Source: the human T2T-CHM13v2.0 reference genome, Homo sapiens. Taken from it: a stretch of 64,000 nt of DNA. The notes beneath the pieces were generated by a model, which saw only the letters and a program-made list of their open reading frames with translations, was not told the DNA's origin and ran no database searches. This document shows positions 57,545 to 64,000 of this stretch, one piece after another. Positions within the stretch are counted from its first letter, which is position 1. The number at the start of each line of letters is the position of its first letter. The stretch is from NCBI RefSeq assembly GCF_009914755.1, contig NC_060937.1; one strand, given 5' to 3'. The translations under genes were made by a program, and so were the position numbers.

Positions 57545-57635
57545 ATAGTCACTTCCTCCCAGGACCTTGGCCTTTTTATAGTATCCACCCATAAATCCTC
57601 ATCATCCAGACGCCAGCTTGCCTCCGATTGGTCCA
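57545..57635 (-). promoter_or_regulatory. Candidate Pol II core promoter or LTR U3: CCAAT box followed by TATA box
   Basis: Minus strand GGACCAATCGG (CCAAT at 57631-57627) and CTATAAAAAGG (TATA at 57580-57574), at canonical spacing. Confidence 0.3.
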
Positions 57636-59019
57636 TATTTTTCAGTACTGTTACACTAACAGTTCTCTTACTGGTTTATTTTCTGCAAGTATCTAGTCAG
57701 ACGAGTGGGTGTCTGATCATTGTTGGCTCAAATATATCTTGCTCAGAGAAACTGAGTTTGAATAAAAAGAAACATCAAAGCACTCCAATGATCAGTTGGT
57801 AACAGCAGCTTAGAGTTCTCTCTAGTTTACATTATATTTTGTGCCAAGTGTGCCCAAAGGTTTGTGATTTTCCACAGGAAAATTCATGCACAAGGCCTGA
57901 CACCTATTTTATTCATTCTGACCTCCAGGGTAGAATTTAAGAATGCTTCTGTAGAGCCAACCATTACTAATCAATCGTACTGATTCATGTTTTGAATGTA
58001 AAATCATGCTATTAAACAAAAATATATATAGCTGGAGAAGTCTGGCAAATCTCTGGCTTCAAGAAATCATGAAGAAACAATTTCCCTCCACATGTAAAAG
58101 CTTACTATATAATAAATCTGTGACGAAAGAATAAATCAGGATTGCAAATAAATGATTTAGGGAGTATTGGCTAGCTTTGGGGGGACAAAATACTTTAGAT
58201 ATTAATTTCATGCATTACAACAAATAAATCTTACATAAATTAAAAGTTAAGATTTGAAAAAATTAAAGTCAAAGGAGAATTTAAGTATATTGTTTTCACC
58301 ATAAAAGATAACACTTCCTATGTACAGTATTAATGGGATAAAATTAAAATTAAAAGATGGACAGAATAATTCATATGCAAATATCTATCATGAAAAACCA
58401 TTCAAAATTAAAGTAATTGTGACATTTTATTCATGTTATAAAGAGAATCATTAAGTTCCTCCCCAAGTAACCAAAACTGTATGCAAGATAGTCGCCACAT
58501 TTCATATTCCAGGAAGCACATTCACACCTTCCTATGACTACTCAGGCGCAGAAAAATGGAAATAATAATAATAATACACAAAATATTAACTATACTTAAT
58601 ATACTAATTTAAAAAACTAATTTTTAAATAATTTAATAATATTTCTCTACATAATACATTCAATTTTTATAAAATCCAAATTTTATAATCACAAAAGATT
58701 TTTTATTTATTTAAATATTTACTTGTCCCCAATGGGAAATGAAACCTGCCAAATCATTGCTTCTAGAAGCAAAAATGGTCAGCACCATTTTCACATATCA
58801 TTTGCTGTTTGTTTTCTATCAACCTCTCTGGAAATTTTACTTTTCAGAAGTTATATAAAAATCTAGAATTTGGATGTATATTTATTTGCAAAGATGTGTA
58901 TTATACATTCTAAATGTTGAACACTAGATGGATAGGTAAGAAAGTTAAGGTCTATTTATGCAATGAAATATTTTGTAATCATTAAGAATTACTGGGAGCG
59001 TAATACTAATTTTTTTACA

Positions 59020-59320
59020 AAGAGAGATGTTGGTCAAGGAATATAAACTTTGAGACAGGATGAACAAATTCAAGAGATCTATTGTACAACATGGTGACTA
59101 TTTAATAACAGGTATTATGTACTTGAAAATTGTGAAGAGAGTAGATTTTAAGTATTGCCATCACAAGAAATAAGTAGTGAGGTAACGCATATGTTATCTA
59201 GGATGATTTAGCCATTTCACAATGTATAACTATTTCAGAACAGCATGTTGTACATAATAAATAGATACAACTTTTAGTCAATTAAAAAATTTAGAAAAAA
59301 AAATTTAAAGAAAAAAAAAG
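59020..59320 (+). mobile_element. L1MA8/9-like 3' end
   Basis: GAGATCTATTGTACAACATGGTGACTA...TACTTGAAAATTG...AGAGAGTAGATTTTAAG and an A-rich tail. Confidence 0.85.
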
Positions 59321-60033
59321 TGCTTATATAGCTCCCTGAGAGGAGGATACTTTCCATCTTGCTCATTTACCTATCCTGTTTAGAATGCTTGGCATATAAC
59401 ACATGTTTAGAAAAATGGGGGGAAAAACACTAAGAAATGTATATGTGCTAAAGTTAATAGTTTTTACCTGAGGCCATAGGATTACTATTGATATTTATCA
59501 GCTATTTATTTGTATGTAACTATTCAAATTTTCAAAACAAAATAATGTATTCCTTGCAGTATTGGAGAAAACATTATTTTTAAACGTTCTGCAGGCAGTA
59601 ACGAAACTCTTCAGAGTCAATCTCAATGAAGTTATTTGAGAATTAAATGCAATCTCACCTGCATCTGAATCATTTCATGTGTTTACTTGAAACAGACATA
59701 TCTGAGCCAGGGTGGGAGTGGGCCAGCATTTACATTTTTATCACATTTTGGTGCCTCTTCGCTAGACTGTCCAGATGATTCATGCCCACGTTACAGGTAG
59801 AGAATCACTGGGTAAGGAAGATAATCAAAATTCAGAAAAATTCAAGAGCAGAAATGTGGCTTTTAAAATAAGTTTCTTAAAAGCCTGCTGAACGTGGCTA
59901 GTAAATTGGTGTAGCAAACTTTCTGAAAGAGAATACAAGTGGGTGAGGGACAATGGGAACCCAAGTCATAAGAGTAAAAAGGAGTTGCCAGCAGTAAACC
60001 TCATTAAGCTTGCAAAGAAAAATCACCATAGAT

Positions 60034-60061
60034 AAACAAATGTAAAGCTTTACATTTGTTT
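60034..60061. repeat. 28-bp perfect palindrome
   Basis: AAACAAATGTAAAG|CTTTACATTTGTTT with no spacer. Confidence 0.9.
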
Positions 60062-61146
60062 TTTCAATGATATAAATGCAAAAATTAGCTCTACTAGTAA
60101 ATAGTGACTTCTAACATGGCAAGTAAAGCATCAGACACAATACAATAAATATTTCTAGATTAGTAGTCTTTGATGCTGATGAGCACTATGCAATAGTTGT
60201 CTGGTAAACACAGAATTTAGATATCTTTTTATTCTCTTTCCCAAACCAATTACTCTACTGATATTTTGAGATTCTGCATTTTAGATTATCGTAACATATG
60301 TAAACCACAGAGTGTCAATCAGTCAACAAACACTTATTAACCACTTCCTATGTGCAGACATATTTCTAGGTATTAGATATGTAATGATGAGCAAGAAACA
60401 ACATTCTTGCTCTCAAGAAAGTTTCATTCAAATAGTTGAACACAAATGGTAAGCACATAAATATATACAATAAAAGATAATTTAAGGTAATGATTACTAC
60501 AATTAAGAAAGTAACACCTAAATAACACAGGACAACATGACTATATGTGAGACATTAAAGACACAGCTTTTTTTTTTTTTTTTTAAGCTAAAGTGATCAG
60601 AAAAGTCTCTGTGAAGAGGTAAGATTTAGGCTAAATAGTTGAGGCAACTAGAAAGGTTCTATAGGAAAAGCACTTCAGGAAGATTAAATAACAAATGTAG
60701 AGGCTCTGAAATATGAAAAACATTGATATAATTAATATTTAGAAGCAAAGTCAGTGTAAAGAAGATGGAGATGGGATGAAATAGATTGTCTGAGCAAAGA
60801 CTACAGAGGCCATGGTGAGGAGGAGAGCTTGTGGGAAAGCCATCGGAGAGGTTTAGCAGAGGAATAACATGCTAACATGATAACATGATCTTGATTAGAG
60901 TAATCAAACAGATCACTCTGACCATGAGTTGAAAATGGACTATTGTTCAAATAGAAGGGAGAAGGAAGACTGTTTAAAAGGCTGTTTATGTGTCCTAGAT
61001 AAAATAATTTATGTGACTTGAATGGCTGATGAGGCGAGAGTTGGTGAAAAGTAAATTTGTAAATAGTGTCAGTGATGAATTTGTAAGTAGTGCTGGCAGA
61101 TTGTAGGAAGTTGTCAAAAATGAAGGCATCAAGGATACATACTTGG

Positions 61147-61507
61147 TGCAATGGACTGAATTGTGTCTTCCTCACAATGTATATGTTAAAGCCCCAATGT
61201 GATTGTATTTGGAGATGAGGCCTTTGGGAAGTAATTTGGTTCAGATAAGGTTATGAGGCTGAGGCTCTCAAGATGGAATTGGGGCACTTATAAGAAGAGA
61301 AACCAGAGAGCTTGGCTTACTCTCCCATGTGAGGACACAGCAAGAAGGTGGCCATCTGCAGGGCAGGAAGAGAGCATCACCAGAAACTGACCATTCTGGC
61401 TCCCTGATATCGTACTTCTGCCTTTCAGAACTGTGAGAAAATAAAGCTCTTTTGTTGAAACAACTCAGTCAATGGTATTTTTTTATGGCAGCCTAAGCTG
61501 ACTAATA
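61147..61507 (+). mobile_element. MaLR solo LTR, MLT1A-like
   Basis: TGCAATGGACTGAATTGTGTC...CCATGTGAGGACACAGCAAGAAGGTGGCCATCTGCA...GGCAGCCTAAGCTGACTAATA. Confidence 0.9.
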
Positions 61508-61520
61508 AACTAGTTTTTTT

Positions 61521-61852
61521 ATTGTTGGTGGTGGGTTTTTTTTTTTTTTTTTTTTTTCTTGAGATGGATTCTTGCTCTGTCACCCAGGCTGGAATGCAGG
61601 CTCACTGCAAGCTCCGCCTCCTGGGTTCATGCCTTTCTCCTGCCTCAACCTCCCATTTTCAACTCATGGTCAAGTGATCTGCGTGATCATCACAGGCACC
61701 CACCACCACGCCCGGCTATTTTTTTTTTTTTTTAAATAGAGACGTGATTTCGCTGTGTTAGCCAGGATGGTCTTGATCTCCTGACCTCGTGATCTGCCCG
61801 CCTCCGCCTCCCAAAATGCTGGGATTAAAGGTGTGAGCCATGACGCCTGGCC
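61521..61852 (-). mobile_element. AluY/Sc-like element, internally rearranged
   Basis: Poly(T) and Alu antisense body. 16-bp TSD ATAAACTAGTTTTTTT (61505-61520 / 61853-61868). Confidence 0.93.
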
Positions 61853-64000
61853 ATAAACTAGTTTTTTTTTAGCTTCAGCAACCTAGTGTTTACTTTTTTT
61901 AAGTTAGAGAAGTCTTGGAAAGCAGTAGGTTTAGTATGAGGAAACATCAAGAGTTTGGTTGAATATAAGATTCCAATTAACCTCTAAGTAGCATGATTAA
62001 ATGAGTTGGGTTTCTTTTCCTTTTCCTTTCCTTTTGTATGTGTAGGACTTAGAAGGATCCTCTGGAAAAAGATAAATATTTGACAGTCATTAGTATGAAG
62101 GAGATGTTTATAACCTGCAACTAGGTGAGCTTATTAGAGAAACTGTGAATAGAATAGAGAAGAATGCAAAGGACTATTATTTTGCAAAATTTACTTTGAT
62201 GAATAAAAAGAAATTAAGCAGTTGTTGAAGGAGAATGAGTAGACAAAGGATAATGTTTTAAGATAGTTAATACTAAGCATGTTTATTTGCTGATGGAAAT
62301 GAACCACAGAATGGGAGGAATGTATGATACAGGAGAAGAAAAATAGAATATTTGCCAAAGTGAAGACACCGAGATGGTGAGAAAGAATGAGATTTGAAGC
62401 ACAGATGAAGATCAGGTTACATTCTTCACTGTAGCCTGAGAAGAAGGCAGAATATCTAGATACAGAGATAGCTATGGGGATGAGTTTGGTAGACAAAAGA
62501 GGAGGTTGTTTTATATGATTATGAATTAGGAAGTAAAGTTATCACCTATGAGTGGAACGGTGGGGTAGCATCAATAGGTTGAAGGTTCTAATGAGATGTG
62601 AAATGTGGGAATATTATAGTGCATCAGATGGAAAAATAGGAATTACTGATCTGAGAGTGGAATGCTTGAGATTATAATGGCAGAGCTAGTGTTGTAATTG
62701 GAGATAAGAGTTCATGATTCACGTAGTATGGAGGAGCAGACAGTTGATGCCGAGGATGTCAAGCAGCTCAGATATCAAGGTGATAGATGAATTACTTATA
62801 TGAATGTTATGCCTGCAATAATAATACAGGCACAGTAGTAGAGAAATCAACTAAACTGATGCAATCAGTACATGAATTATAAACAATTGACTAAGAGGTG
62901 AGTAGGTTATATTAAAAAGGAGAAAAAGCCTGTTGCCATGTGTTGAGAAAGTGGCAGAGTTTGGAAAAAGTAAGAGAAAGAAATGGTTTGGGTACAGAAA
63001 ACGGTGACACCTACCTCTAGGTCCTAAAGAAGATAAGATGTTCCTCCAAAAACAAGCTTTACATGATTAGGATTCTCAAGATCAGTCAAGCATACATTTG
63101 AAGAGAAAGGTGAAGGGATGAAACATGTAACTTGGAAAACTGGAGAAAAATGAAAAGGGATATGTCGTACTTCTGTCTGATAACATTGAGAAAATTTTTG
63201 GAAATTATGATTTAAGAAATGAGTACAGTTAGCACCACTATGCTGTAGTCCCAGGCCAAACCAAATTCAAAGGCAAGGAACATAGACCTTGCCCTCATTG
63301 GGAGAAATGTTGACATCATTGCTGTACTAGTAAATGTTCTACTTTTAATGCATAATAACTGTAGCAGGGTTATTCACAGTGGCCAACACCTTTCTAATGT
63401 GCAAGCCTAAAGTTAGTACTGGTAGATAAAAACAATTTAGAGAACCATAACAACCACTAAGAAATGACTATTTTTCTTGAGTCATTCAAGAAAAAAATGT
63501 CTTGAATCAAGAAGAGGTAAAGCAGAGGAAGTAATAATGAAATAATTTTTAAAGTCCCATTGCAATAGAATGTTTTTTTCTTCAGGAAAAGGTTTTTATC
63601 AGTCAGTTATAGTCCTATATACTACAAGAGAAAAAACATACCTACCTTGATAAAGAGAAAAATACATCCATAATGGAAAAAATATTGGAAAAATGGCTTG
63701 TATTCAAGATGACCTTTTCTTTAATGATTCTACAAGTTTATTACATCTCGTGATATCAGGAAATAATGGTGCTTTAAATAATCTCATTGTGGTTTAAATC
63801 TGATACTATACAGGTTAAAGAAATATCTTGAAGGTAATATCCCTTTGCAGTGTGATAAAAATTTAAAGTTAAGAGAAATATCTGTGTCAAGCCCCTTATT
63901 AAGAAATGATAAAACTATCTCCCAGAGGTATTAAAATACCCTCCTAAAGGTCACATTTGGTTAATCAAAGACAGGAGCAGAGCTGGGTTTCCACAGAGGA

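Larger units (their letters stand above)
60318..63150 (-). mobile_element. Long degenerate L2 with nested MLT1A and Alu
   Basis: L2 3' end TCAACAAACACTTATTAACCACTTCCTATGTGCAGACA, CAGATCACTCTGAC and a purine-rich antisense body. Right boundary is uncertain. Confidence 0.62.

Overview
This is AT-rich, CpG-poor primate (very probably human) non-coding genomic DNA, not a microbial locus. I find no credible protein-coding gene, RNA gene or CRISPR array. The listed ORFs are L1 or Alu remnants, tandem-repeat read-throughs or short random frames. The window is a layered record of transposable elements. It has 10 Alus (AluJ, AluS, AluY, an AluYd-type deletion variant and a very young AluYa5-lineage copy) and L1 pieces from L1PA2 to L1M. 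It also has MaLR/ERVL solo LTRs (THE1, MST, MLT1, MLT2), DNA transposons (Tigger3, MER82, MER1, MER58, MADE1) and L2/MIR relics. Subfamily names come from remembered consensus motifs, not a RepeatMasker run. The least expected structure is a trio of MER1 sequences. An intact MER1B (32527-32865) appears to have been copied locally twice without normal transposition. One copy is an inverted 93-bp piece 0.85 kb upstream. The other is a direct copy 4.65 kb downstream that carries 26 bp of host flank and then switches to MER1A-type sequence. Other notable items are a short L1 5' inversion apparently primed by target-site microhomology, an AT-rich palindrome, a higher-order minisatellite, two perfect 28-29 bp palindromes (one centred on a STAT/GAS motif), and a minus-strand CCAAT+TATA module. 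I cannot support a claim of a new functional biological system from this sequence.
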